This document shows positions 32,999 to 44,200 of a stretch of 64,000 nt of DNA, one piece after another. Origin of the DNA: a virus. Both the position numbers and the translations under genes were made by a program. The notes under the pieces are model-generated. The model was not told the origin of the DNA and did not search any database. It was given only the letters and a program-made list of their open reading frames with translations. The stretch's first letter is position 1. Every line of letters starts with the position of its first letter. The stretch lies in the IMG/VR virus record IMGVR_UViG_3300042898_002514. One strand, given 5' to 3'.

Positions 32999-33832
32999 AT
33001 GCGTACATTTAACATTCATAATATAAAATTAGGAAACAACGAGCCGTTGGTATTGATTGCCGGGCCTTGTCAAATTGAAAGTCTAGACCATACACTCGAA
33101 ACTGCACATAGCATAAAAGAAACCTGCGATAGTTTAGGAATTAAATTTATCTATAAAAGCAGCTTTGACAAAGCCAATCGATCTAGCATATCAACTCAAC
33201 GAGGTATTGGAATTGACGAAGGTTTAAAAATTCTCAATACCGTTAAACATCAGTTAGGAGTGCCAGTTTTAACTGACATTCACGAAAGCTATCAGGCAGA
33301 ACTGTGTGCTACAGCTGGCATTGATGTACTACAGATCCCAGCATTTCTCTGTAGACAGACTGACCTATTGTTGGCAGCAGGTGCTACAGGCTGTGCCATC
33401 AATGTCAAGAAGGGGCAGTTCCTTGCACCTCACGATATGAAGAACGTTGCGACAAAGATTGCTTCAACTGGCAATGACCGCATCATGTTATGCGAAAGAG
33501 GATACACTCATGGATATAATAATCTTGTTGTTGATATGCGTAGTCTACCCATTATGGCAAGCACCGGGTATCCAGTGGTCTTTGATGCCACACATAGTGT
33601 TCAGCAACCAGGGGGATTGGGCTCAGTCTCCGGAGGGGATCGTACTATGGTCCCGTACCTCGCGAGGGCAGCAGTGGCCACCGGATGCGTAAGTGCAGTG
33701 TTTATGGAATGTCATGAAGATCCAGACAATGCCCCTAGCGATGGTCCCAATATGATAATGTTGTCTAATCTTAAAAACGTGTTAGAAAGTCTTATAAAAA
33801 TAGATGGAATTGTTAAATCCTCCTCAAACTAA
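32999..33832 (+). CDS. kdsA: KDO-8-phosphate synthase
   Basis: [39 protein letters not shown]. Confidence 0.95.
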   Translation: MRTFNIHNIKLGNNEPLVLIAGPCQIESLDHTLETAHSIKETCDSLGIKFIYKSSFDKANRSSISTQRGIGIDEGLKILNTVKHQLGVPVLTDIHESYQAELCATAGIDVLQIPAFLCRQTDLLLAAGATGCAINVKKGQFLAPHDMKNVATKIASTGNDRIMLCERGYTHGYNNLVVDMRSLPIMASTGYPVVFDATHSVQQPGGLGSVSGGDRTMVPYLARAAVATGCVSAVFMECHEDPDNAPSDGPNMIMLSNLKNVLESLIKIDGIVKSSSN

Positions 33833-34619
33833 ACAAGAACGAAAGCGACTCAAGGCTATTAGAAGATTTGAAAAAGAGTCTCAACATCTGCAAAAAGAAA
33901 TTGGTGTCGGTGATGCTAATCCTGAAAAAGTAACTGTTCTGTGTGTAAAATTTGGTACTAAGTACGGGCGTGAATATATCGAACGACTTCGGAACATGGT
34001 ATCCCGCCATCTTACGGTACCTTATGAATTTGTCTGCATCACTGATGATCAACACTCCATACCTGGTGTTCGAAGTATTGTGCAACCTATGAAAAATTAT
34101 AAAAAAATATGGTGGCACAAGGTACATATGTTTGATCCTGGGCTGCCAATACAAGGAAGAATATTATATTTTGATCTTGACGTGATAATACACGCCAATA
34201 TTGATAGTCTTGCAATCGGTCACGGACATAGTTTCTTGGGTATCAAAGATTTTAATAGAAAATTTCATGCTTCGTGGACCTATCTCAATAGTTCAGTTAT
34301 GAGTTGGATACACGGATCACAAACTCATATCTATCAAGAATTTAATAATAACCCAAACGAAGCACAAAAACTGCAAGGTGATCAAGATTGGATATGGAAA
34401 ACCAGCAAGGATCGTATAAAGTTTTGGCCCATAGAATGGATTCAAAGTTACAAATGGGAAATTCGCAGTCGCGAAGAACTGGTGTTGAAGGACGGTAAAC
34501 GAAACTTCAAGTCAGTGATCAATCCAAAAATTCCAATCAATTGCAGTGTTTGTGTATTTCACGGAGATCCAAATCCTCACGATGTTTTAGATCCGTATGT
34601 AGTTGACAACTGGCGGTGA
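33804..34619 (+). CDS. GT-A glycosyltransferase
   Basis: [30 protein letters not shown]. Confidence 0.8.
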   Translation: MELLNPPQTKQERKRLKAIRRFEKESQHLQKEIGVGDANPEKVTVLCVKFGTKYGREYIERLRNMVSRHLTVPYEFVCITDDQHSIPGVRSIVQPMKNYKKIWWHKVHMFDPGLPIQGRILYFDLDVIIHANIDSLAIGHGHSFLGIKDFNRKFHASWTYLNSSVMSWIHGSQTHIYQEFNNNPNEAQKLQGDQDWIWKTSKDRIKFWPIEWIQSYKWEIRSREELVLKDGKRNFKSVINPKIPINCSVCVFHGDPNPHDVLDPYVVDNWR

Positions 34620-34631
34620 TTGTGCTATAAT
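34603..34631 (+). promoter_or_regulatory. sigma70 promoter (leaderless mRNA)
   Basis: TTGACA-17-TATAAT; ATG starts 7 nt after the -10 box. Confidence 0.85.
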
Positions 34632-34637
34632 AATAGC

Positions 34638-34940
34638 ATGACTACTATTACCCCCGAAGCATTACGCACTCTGCTTCTTGAAAACGAGTGTGTTGTTGAA
34701 TTTACCAAAGTCAACGGCGAGACTCGAGCTATGCCCTGTACACTCAAGGCAGAGCTCATTCCTGCTCCTACTCCCCATATTAGTAACACAGACAATCCCG
34801 TTGACTTTCCCAAAGTTAAAAAAGAAAATCCTAATGTTATGAGTGTTTGGTGTTTAGATAAAAAGGAATGGCGATCCTTCCGTATCGCCAATGTGATCTC
34901 AGCGAAAGTAAAAGATGAAACTAACACAGTACAGTCGTAA
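34638..34940 (+). CDS. WYL-like/SH3-fold (DUF2693-like) protein
   Basis: FTKVNGETRAMPCTL...VWCLDKKEWRSFR. Confidence 0.75.
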   Translation: MTTITPEALRTLLLENECVVEFTKVNGETRAMPCTLKAELIPAPTPHISNTDNPVDFPKVKKENPNVMSVWCLDKKEWRSFRIANVISAKVKDETNTVQS

Positions 34941-35310
34941 TCGTATCCTAGAAACTTTTAACCGCTGGAATGTACCTAAAGAGTTTGCCGAGCCAATGTA
35001 CAATTATCTTGTTCATGGGTTTAGTCCGGGCGGATGTTTTACCGCGGTGCTAGCCAATGACTTTCACCGTGCTATACGTAGCAGTCATCCTGGCAACACT
35101 GTCGAAGCATTTAAGGCTCTGTCTGGTTGGATAGATGAATGCATACCTCCCGAAACAAAAGGTAACTATAATAATGTTGAAGTTTGGTGCAGTCTACCTG
35201 CAGATGTTCGTAGATCAATATTAGAAGACTGCGAAATAATCTATACTGAGCAACAAGAAATTATGATGGCTCTGCAAAGTAAACCCACAGTTGAACCTGT
35301 CTTTTTTTAA
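34915..35310 (+). CDS. hypothetical protein
   Basis: 131 aa; YLVHGFSPGG.FTAVLAND. Confidence 0.7.
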   Translation: MKLTQYSRNRILETFNRWNVPKEFAEPMYNYLVHGFSPGGCFTAVLANDFHRAIRSSHPGNTVEAFKALSGWIDECIPPETKGNYNNVEVWCSLPADVRRSILEDCEIIYTEQQEIMMALQSKPTVEPVFF

Positions 35311-36356
35311 TGAAAGAAACTATGATTAAACGCATAGGCTTTGCCTGCAAATGGATCAATGATCCTGAAGAAGTCAACGGCATGAAGATCAATGCCAAAG
35401 ACCGTGACTTAAATACTGGTGCTACTACAGTTAGGTGGTTGCGTGAACATCCCCAAGAAGCAGAACAGCGACTTTGGGACTTGATGAAACGAAATATTGA
35501 TGCCTGCACCAAGTTGGTGGCCAGGGTAGGAACACTAGATGAAGATCTTAGAATGGTACGACTCAGCAGCGATATACTGCCTGTATACACTGAGCCTAGT
35601 TGGAAGTGGTTTTGGCGGCAGCCCGATGTTAGAGCCTATGCAGAAACAGCATTTAGAACAGTGGGAGATTTGGCTCGCCAGAACGGTGTTCGCCTGTCTT
35701 TCCACCCTGGTCAGTTTTGCGTGTTGGCATCTATCAACCCTGGTATTGTAGAACGAAGTATCGAAGAGTTTGAGTATCATGTGGACATGGCTCGCTGGAT
35801 GGGCTATGGCAAGACGTTTCAAGACTTTAAGATCAATGTGCATATCTCGGGTAAGCAAGGTCCACAAGGTGTTCGTGATGCTCTAAGCAAAATGACACCC
35901 GAAGCCCGTAACTGTCTTACCATTGAGAATGACGAAATGACCTGGGGCATTGACTCTAGCATTGAGTTGGTCAAGGACTGTGCCCTGGTCATGGACATAC
36001 ATCATCATTGGATTAACTCTGGAGAATATATTGAAGCAACTGACGACCGTGTTAAGCGGATTATTGATAGCTGGCGTGGCGTTCGCCCTGTTTTACATTA
36101 TAGTGTTTCACGGGAAGACTGTCTTATTGACCATCCCGGACATATCCGTCCCAATCTTTCGACCCTCTTAGAGCAGGGCTACAAAAAACAAAAGCTCAGA
36201 GCACATTCAGAATTTTACTGGAATACAGCAGTAAATGAATGGGCACTGAGCTTTCGAGACTCGTTTGACATCATGTGCGAAAGCAAGGCTAAGAATCTAT
36301 CCAGCTTTGCACTCTATGAACAAAGTCTTAAGCAGCCGGCTTTACTTTTGGCTTAA
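35310..36356 (+). CDS. uvsE: UV-damage endonuclease
   Basis: RIGFACK, RLSS, RLSFHPGQF, IENDE, DIHHH, HS, CESKAK. Confidence 0.92.
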   Translation: MKETMIKRIGFACKWINDPEEVNGMKINAKDRDLNTGATTVRWLREHPQEAEQRLWDLMKRNIDACTKLVARVGTLDEDLRMVRLSSDILPVYTEPSWKWFWRQPDVRAYAETAFRTVGDLARQNGVRLSFHPGQFCVLASINPGIVERSIEEFEYHVDMARWMGYGKTFQDFKINVHISGKQGPQGVRDALSKMTPEARNCLTIENDEMTWGIDSSIELVKDCALVMDIHHHWINSGEYIEATDDRVKRIIDSWRGVRPVLHYSVSREDCLIDHPGHIRPNLSTLLEQGYKKQKLRAHSEFYWNTAVNEWALSFRDSFDIMCESKAKNLSSFALYEQSLKQPALLLA

Positions 36357-36648
36357 GTGGTGCTTTTGGCTTAGGTGGTGCTTTTGACGTTGCAGTCTTT
36401 GGAGCAACAGGCTTTTTGGCAACCTGTGGCTTTTTAGGTGCAGGCTTTTTAGCAGGTGCTTGTTCAACCACAGCCGCTGGAACAACTGCTTCTGCCTCAA
36501 CAACCACTGCTTCAACTACAGGCGCAGGTGCTGCCTCAACAACCACTGCCTCAACTACAGGCGCAGGTGCTGCCTCAGCTTTATATGGGGCTTCCGCAGT
36601 TTGTTCTGCTGGCTTGGCGCCAAATAGTTTCTTTAATAAATCGATCAT
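36328..36648 (-). CDS. Ala/Pro/Lys-rich low-complexity protein
   Basis: AGGAG SD on minus strand; MIDLLKKLFG...; internal 13-aa repeat. Confidence 0.7.
   Translation of the reverse strand: MIDLLKKLFGAKPAEQTAEAPYKAEAAPAPVVEAVVVEAAPAPVVEAVVVEAEAVVPAAVVEQAPAKKPAPKKPQVAKKPVAPKTATSKAPPKPKAPLKPKVKPAA
36492..36577. repeat. 39-bp tandem repeat (about 2.2 copies)
   Basis: ctgcctcaacaaccactgcytcaactacaggcgcaggtg x2. Confidence 0.85.
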
Positions 36649-36689
36649 ACTAAATCTCCTTAGGAATTTATTTAGCGGTAAATACATAT

Positions 36690-37256
36690 ATGGAATTTAA
36701 ATTCATTCAAAAGTTTATAATCGAAGGCAAAAAAGACAAACTCATACAGTTGACACTGCCCTACGACCCCGATGAGTTGGCGCCAATAAAATCCAAAGAA
36801 ACTATAGATTATCACTACGGTACACTATATAAAGCCTATGTTGATCGATACAACAAGGGCGAGGGTGATGACGATTTCAACGAAGCTGGTGCGTTTTTAC
36901 ACAATATCTATTTTGGTCAATTACAAAAACCAGAAGGTGCCAATAGACCCTATGATGCTATTTTACAGTTTATAGAAAAACATTTTGATACATTTGATCG
37001 TTTCAAAGAAGAATTTGAAAAAACTGCTATGACAATACAAGGCAGCGGGTGGGCATACCTAGCTCGAGATGGCAAGATCAAAACCATTGCGAATCACGAA
37101 ATTAGAAATGATATTGTGCTGTTAGTAGATTGGTGGGAACACGCTTGGGCTTTAGACTATCAGGCTGATAAAAAAAGCTATTTGAAAAACATATGGAAGC
37201 TAATAAACTGGAGAGTAATCAATGGCGTACTCGGACAAAGTAATCGATCACTATGA
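36690..37256 (+). CDS. sod: Fe/Mn superoxide dismutase
   Basis: LPY...L.P..S.ET..YH, GSGW, DWWEHA. Confidence 0.9.
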   Translation: MEFKFIQKFIIEGKKDKLIQLTLPYDPDELAPIKSKETIDYHYGTLYKAYVDRYNKGEGDDDFNEAGAFLHNIYFGQLQKPEGANRPYDAILQFIEKHFDTFDRFKEEFEKTAMTIQGSGWAYLARDGKIKTIANHEIRNDIVLLVDWWEHAWALDYQADKKSYLKNIWKLINWRVINGVLGQSNRSL

Positions 37257-37608
37257 AAACCCACGTAATGTAGGATCATTTGCTAAAGATGATCCCAACA
37301 TAGGCACAGGTATGGTCGGTGCTCCGGCATGCGGAGATGTAATGAAATTACAGATAAAGGTAGACAATGATACAGGTCTTATTACAGATGCAAAATTTAA
37401 AACGTATGGCTGCGGATCGGCTATCGCGAGTTCGAGCCTCATTACAGAATGGGTCAAAGGAAAAACCCTCGACCAAGCCGGAGCAATTAAAAACTCCGAA
37501 ATCGCCGAAGAACTAGCCCTACCTCCAGTAAAGATACACTGTAGTATTCTAGCAGAGGATGCAATCAAAGCAGCCGTAAATGATTACCGTAACCGACACA
37601 GCCTGTAA
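37222..37608 (+). CDS. iscU: Fe-S cluster scaffold protein
   Basis: YSDKVIDHYENPRNVG, GAPACGD, GCGSAIAS, LPPVKIHC. Confidence 0.96.
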   Translation: MAYSDKVIDHYENPRNVGSFAKDDPNIGTGMVGAPACGDVMKLQIKVDNDTGLITDAKFKTYGCGSAIASSSLITEWVKGKTLDQAGAIKNSEIAEELALPPVKIHCSILAEDAIKAAVNDYRNRHSL

Positions 37609-37906
37609 AAGAATTAAGCAAACACTTGCCAAACGTGGCAAGGGTGCGGGTATTCGAATAGGTGTTAGAACTACAGGGTGTAGTGGGTTGGCCTACGTAT
37701 TAGAATACGTAGATGACTACAAACCCGAAACTGGAGTAACTAATTTTGCTCAAGATGGTTTTGTTGTTTTGGTAGATGCCAAAAGTCTAGTGTATCTAAA
37801 AGGGATAACTATGGATTGGGTTCGCAATGGGCTCAATGAGGGATTTGACTTCGTCAATCCCAACGAACGTGATCGATGCGGTTGCGGTGAAAGTTTTAGA
37901 GTTTAG
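37580..37906 (+). CDS. iscA: Fe-S cluster assembly accessory protein
   Basis: GCSGLAY, CGCGESF. Confidence 0.95.
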   Translation: MITVTDTACKRIKQTLAKRGKGAGIRIGVRTTGCSGLAYVLEYVDDYKPETGVTNFAQDGFVVLVDAKSLVYLKGITMDWVRNGLNEGFDFVNPNERDRCGCGESFRV

Positions 37907-38183
37907 AAATATCTAGATCAGCGTCAGCGGGCATATCCCAGATTTTCTTGTGATCTACTCCTGTTCGCTGCGCAAATCTCTTGATATCGCACCCAGAACA
38001 ACAATGAAAGTAGTTGTTATTCAACCGTTTTCTATCTATATTTTTTAGATCTCTTTCAAACACTGCATCACAGTCATCACACTTTAAAGTCACAACGGTT
38101 TTTGTCCTGGTATAACTGTGTTGATTGCCCAGTTTACTGAACCTAACATATTGATTTTTCTGCGATCTGGTCTGTATGAACAT
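37896..38183 (-). CDS. zinc-finger-like hypothetical protein
   Basis: CDDC...CCSGC; TAAATA upstream on minus strand. Confidence 0.65.
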   Translation of the reverse strand: MFIQTRSQKNQYVRFSKLGNQHSYTRTKTVVTLKCDDCDAVFERDLKNIDRKRLNNNYFHCCSGCDIKRFAQRTGVDHKKIWDMPADADLDISKL

Positions 38184-38253
38184 CTAGTATTTACATTAGG
38201 CTTATAAAAACTTTGGATAAATATTATCGATATCCAAACACATAGGATCTGCT

Positions 38254-41200
38254 ATGGCAAGAAAAATTATTAATATTGGTGCAATTGGCAACGACGGCAC
38301 CGGCGACAGTATCAGAGACAGTTTTAGATCTGTCAACGACAACTTTAGAGAACTCTATAGTTCACTAGGACTAGGTGAAAAACTCACATTCATAGGTCTA
38401 GATGATACACCCGAATCATTTCCTAACGATTATGAAAATGCGTTGGTTGTGATCAATGATACCACAGACGGCGTGGTTTTCAAAAAACTAGAAGCTGGCG
38501 TAGGTGTTCAAATTGATTTTGATACCAGTCAAAATTCCATTGTGGTCAACAGCTTGTTTTCAGATATTTCAGGCGATCCTAATCCAAATCTAGGAGGACC
38601 AGTTAATGCTCAAAGTGGTGGAGTAAGATATCCTATTGGAAATTTACCCGATATAGGATCTTTTTCTGAACTCACTGATTCAATTGGCAGAATAAACACA
38701 ATTCACGGATCCACTGCCACAGAAACAAACAGACTGGCGGCCAATAAGGGCTATGTAGATTCCAAGATATCCCTGCAGGGCATAGATGCTGTTGATCCTG
38801 CTACCAATACAACCAACACTGCATTTGGTACCATGACCGGGCCGTTGATACTTTCAAGAGACCCTGTGGATGATGATGATGTGGCCTACAATGGTTTGAT
38901 AGCTGCCACCAAACGATATGTTGACAGTTCCGGTTATAGCAGCACAGTGAATCTGTATGTGAGTACAGCCGGGTTAGATGATCGACCAGGTGTTGGATTA
39001 GACCGACAAGGTCGCAGTTTGGCCTATGCATATAAGACACTAGAAGCTGCTCTTAAACGTGCAGAAGAATTGGTGCTGGAAGCACCGTTAGAAATTGGCC
39101 CTTACAAGAAAGTTCTTACTTGGAACAACGGTGATGAGCCTTGTACTCTAGTAGAAATTGACGATACCAGTGCTACCGCAGGCACTGGTTTCAGTCCTGC
39201 ATTTATTTTTATGAATGTGGACACAGTTGAAATTGTCAGCGGTGGCCTAAATTATCTACCCGGTGACATACTTACTGTGGCCACTGGTACCGGTACAGCA
39301 GCAAGATATCAGGTGCTGTCGGTTAGTCCTGGCGGCTCAGGAGGACGAGGACCAGTTACTGCCATTAGACAGATCACTGGCGGCAACTACAGCGTGTTGC
39401 CCGCACCAGTGGCTCCAGCAGCCACTACCTGTCCCGGCAGCAGTGTTGGTGTTAGAACTGGATGCACACTAAATCTCACATTCAAAGTGGCCAGAGTGCA
39501 GGTTAACTCGGGAGGCCGTGGAACTGGATACGGTTTAGTGTCAGTGAGATTTGTTGGTGGTGGTGGTGGTGGAGCCTTTGGTGTAGCAGATGTTAGCGCA
39601 GTTGACGGCGGCATAAACAGCATCAGTATCACCAACGGAGGAACAGGGTTTACTTCGCAGCCATCTATACTTGTGAGTCTTCCAAGATTTAGATTGTTTA
39701 CCAGCGGTTACAGAACAGACTTTACTGGAAATCCTGCATTGAGCACAGTGGCTGCTAACGCAGCCAAAGACATACGAGAAGGACTATATCTTCGTGGGGA
39801 AACGTCTGGAGCTCTTGCACAGATTCTAGCACACGACGGTACTTTGGACACGTCCGGCAATGAAGAATTTGATGTTGATGTTGTCAGTGGTGAATTTGTT
39901 GTTGGCGAGGTTATTTCATTCGGTGATGTAACCAAACGTATTCAAATTTCTGTATTTGTTGAAACTGGCATTTACCTAGAAAATTTACCATTACGTGTGC
40001 CTCAAAACGTGGCAGTAATAGGTGATGAATTTCGTAGAACTATTATTAGACCACAGATAGGCTTTGACAGTTCCAGTCCCTGGGCATTTTTGAATTTTAG
40101 ACGAGATCCTGTGGTAGACGGACTGACTGTGGCAAATGAACTGTATGGTTATCACTATCTAGCAGATTCCACACAGCCTGTTTATCCCCTGATCAATAAC
40201 AAAGGTAACTATACCAGTGCTGCACGACTGATCACATTGAATAGAAAGTTTATTCAAGATCAGGTCATAGGTTGGATCAATAATCAAATTTTAACAAACA
40301 CTGCACCATTTACATCTGCATTTGACTACAATGAAGATATCTGTTATAGAGACGTTGGCTTGATCATAGACTCTATGGTATTTGATTTGAAATGGAGTGG
40401 ACAGAATCGCACAATTTCTGCTGCATTGAAATACAAGGGACCAGCAGTTCCGGGCAGTAATCCTGCACTAGCTATTGGTGCGCAACTGAGTCAGACTGTG
40501 GCCGGTATTCAACGTATCAACACCTTGGCCCAAGACATTATCGACAATGTGAGTATTGCGGCACTGTATACATTGTCCGGTACTGTGGCCACTACTGCCA
40601 CAGTACCAACACTACAGACTCTAGACGAAGGTCTAGTGGCAGAAGTAGGATCCGATACTGTGATCACATTGTTGACCAATGCCATAGTTGATGTTATCAG
40701 CAACAGTGGAACAGTAAACTATCCCAAAGACAACGGCGATATGGACATGTTCTTGTGTAACGATGCTGTAATCCTAAGAGCCATGACCTTCCAGGGTCAA
40801 GGTGGATTTGCAATGGTATTAGATCCAGAGGGACAAATCCTTGCTAAATCTCCGTACTGTCAAGAATCTGCATCCTTTAGTAGAAGTATAAATGCCAAGG
40901 CATTTTCTGGTGGTATGTTTGTAGATGGATTCACCGGCAATCAGAAATTTGTCATAGACAGCAAAGACAGTAATATATTTTTACGAGTATCGGGACTGCT
41001 GAGACCGCCTAATACTCCCTGCAGCTTTATTGTCAGTGGTGAAATTTACAGAATAAACTACATTAGAGGGTATACATTTGGAACAGGTGCTGCTACTGCT
41101 ACCACAGGTGGATTCAGCACAGCTCAGTTCATCTTGGATGAGCTGACACCTTACACACCTGCTGCTGGATCACGTGCCTGTACATTTAGTACTCCAAATA

Positions 41201-44200
41201 TAACCACTGCATCTGTTCACGAACTACAACCAGGTGCCATTGTGAAATTCAGTTCTACTGGAACACTGCCAACTGGTATCGCTGCCAATCAAGAATACTA
41301 TGTGTTACTGGCTGGATTTACGCTTACTCAATTCAGAGTTGCCGCAGTAGCTGGCAGTACCACAGCAGTGACTTTTGTAGGTGCCGGCTCGGGTACACAC
41401 AGTTTTATCAGAGTGTTTGAAGTTCTTATGCCCGGTAATCGTTCCATGCTTAGTAACGACTTTACCCAGGTCTGTGATCTAGGCTACGGACTTATAACCA
41501 CCAACGGCGGATTGGCCGAAGCTGTGAGTATGTTTACCTACTACTGTCAAATTTCCTACTATTCATTGAACGGTGGACAGATTAGAAGCGTGGGTGGATC
41601 TAGTGCTCACGGAAACTTTGCATTGGTAGCGGAAGCCAGTGATCCATTAGAAGTTCCGACTCCCACAGGATTTTACACCGATCTTGCACAGACCGCAACT
41701 GTTTATGCTGCATCAGTTGATACGTTGAACGAAAAGGGAGAAAATATATTATATGTGACCTATGATGATTTCTTTCCTTTGCCGAACAGTGAATTAGAAA
41801 TCAATCATGGAGGCCAAATTGTACGATATGTTGTCACTACGGCACAGATCAGCGATGTTGCCACCAAACGTGCAAAATTAAATATCAGCACCGGCGGCGG
41901 ACTTTTGGCAGCAGTGCCCCATGGACAACGTGTTACAATTAGAAACAACAGTTTCCATGTGTTACACGGAGACATTGTAGAGGTAGCAACTAGACCTAGT
42001 ACTGCTCTGATACTAAATGACAGTAATTTTGTCTACAGACAATTGGAATTCACAGACTATGATTCCACATATGATCTAGAAACCTATACTATCACAGGTA
42101 TAAACTATGGCACTGGGGTGATAACCACTGATATCAATCATAGACAACGTGCAGGATATCAAGTGAGATTTGTCAAACCTCCAGGCGCAGTGTTGCCCAA
42201 TGAGATTACTGCAGGTGTCACAGTTGACGACGGTGTCATATACTATGTCAAGACTGCACCAACTCCTACCACATTTACCATTTCTGCTACAGAAACAGGC
42301 TCAGGCATAACCACATTTACTGGATCGGCGGTGTCGGGAAGTCCCACAATGGTTCCTTACGGTCTAGCCCTGGCACAAGGTAGAGAAAATTATGATTATA
42401 TAGAAATCACTGTGTATGAGCCGGGTGTAGAAACAGGTGCGGCCAATACTGTAACCAGTATAAGCACTGCGGCCAATACGTTTACCAAAAACAGTCACGG
42501 ACTCACAGCTGGTCAACCTGTGAGATTCAGTGCCAGTGTGTTGCCTGGAGGACTAACTGCAAACACAGTGTACTTTGTAACCACTTCTGGACTAACTGCC
42601 AATGATTTCAGTGTTAGTACCAGAGCGTTAGTAGACAGTACATTTATAGGTGTGCCTACTTCTTTGGCATTTTCAGTGGGGCCATCCCTGGGAACATCTA
42701 CTGGCGCTGGTCCTTATTTTACAACCATTTCAAATATCATCTGTTTGGAAAATCTTATATTGGGATCAAGTTTGGTAGCAAAGCCAAATATTACCGGTGT
42801 TAGCGCAGTAGGTGACGGTGTTACCTGCACATTGACGTTTACCGCTCAAAACGTTCCTCCATATTTGCCATTCCAGTTGATTACTGTGAGCGCATTTGCT
42901 GTAGGTGGTGTGCCATTCAATGGCGCACAAACCGTGGTGACCTGTACCAATACCACTGTGACATTTGCCAGCGCAACCATTGCTACAGACAGCGGTGGTG
43001 TCATAGCTACTGGTGGTACAGGCGCATTAGGTGCGGACTCAGTGATTTATTCTGTTTCTGCAGCTACCAACAGCATTGTGGTGCAGTCTTCTACAGCAGC
43101 CACAACAGGAACAATAGCCTTTCAACTAGAAGGCAGTGTGTTAGATATCACCACAACCGGTACTGCCGTAACCTACAAACTGATTCAAGGCGAACGTGGT
43201 GATGCTACCTTTGGTATAGGAAACCTAGGCGGCAGTGACGGTGATAGATTGTTGACTGGTATAGCTGCTGGTACATTTTATAGATTTGTACACGAAGGCC
43301 AAGAATATGAAATAACCAATTATCAAGACAGTCTTACCACTGGTCAAGACTATGCACTACTAACAGTCAGTCCAGCATTGACACGCAGTGTGGTCAGATT
43401 CAATGATACGCCTACTCTAAAGGGATCGGTTCCTGGACCAAGCGCACTATCCGATGGTACACTGACCATTAGAATCAGTTTGACTCGTGTTACGTCACAT
43501 GATCTATTGGAAATTGGTACAGGTGGTTATGCCGATACCAACTATCCTAGCGAAATCTATGGACCTGCCGTTAATTCAATTATTTCAGTACCTACATATG
43601 CCACACAGGCAGATACAGAAACAGGCGAACTAGTATTACGTGCGCAGATGCAGGAACGAGGCTCGGGGCGTACATTCTTTGTGACCACTGACCAATTTGG
43701 TAACTTTAACGTTGGTCCGTTCTTCCGTGTTGATCAGGGTACTGGTACTGTTACATTCTCAGCTTCAATTGCGCTGAGTCAGTTAGACGGTCTAGGATTT
43801 AAACGTGGTACAACAATTTCTGAATTCTCCACAGCAATGGACGAAGGTCGTGTTGACGCGGTGCCTACAGAATCAGCGGTTAGAACCTACATTGGTCGTA
43901 GATTGGGATTGGACTTCAATGGCAACATTGTTGCCCTAGGCGATCGTGTGCCAAACAATGTGGGCTTTATGGCTCTTAGTGGTGACTTGGCGTGGGTTGG
44001 ACCTGCTGACATGGACATGAATTCGTACAAGATTGAAAATCTTGGGGTGCCTACATTAGCCAGTGATGCTGCCAGACTGGACAGTATTACAATTACTAAT
44101 CTAAAAGATACCGACGGAACCAGCCTATTTAATTTTTCACAGTCACAGGCAGGTCAATTGTTAGCCTTGGATGGTACGGGTAATACAATTATCAATGTGA

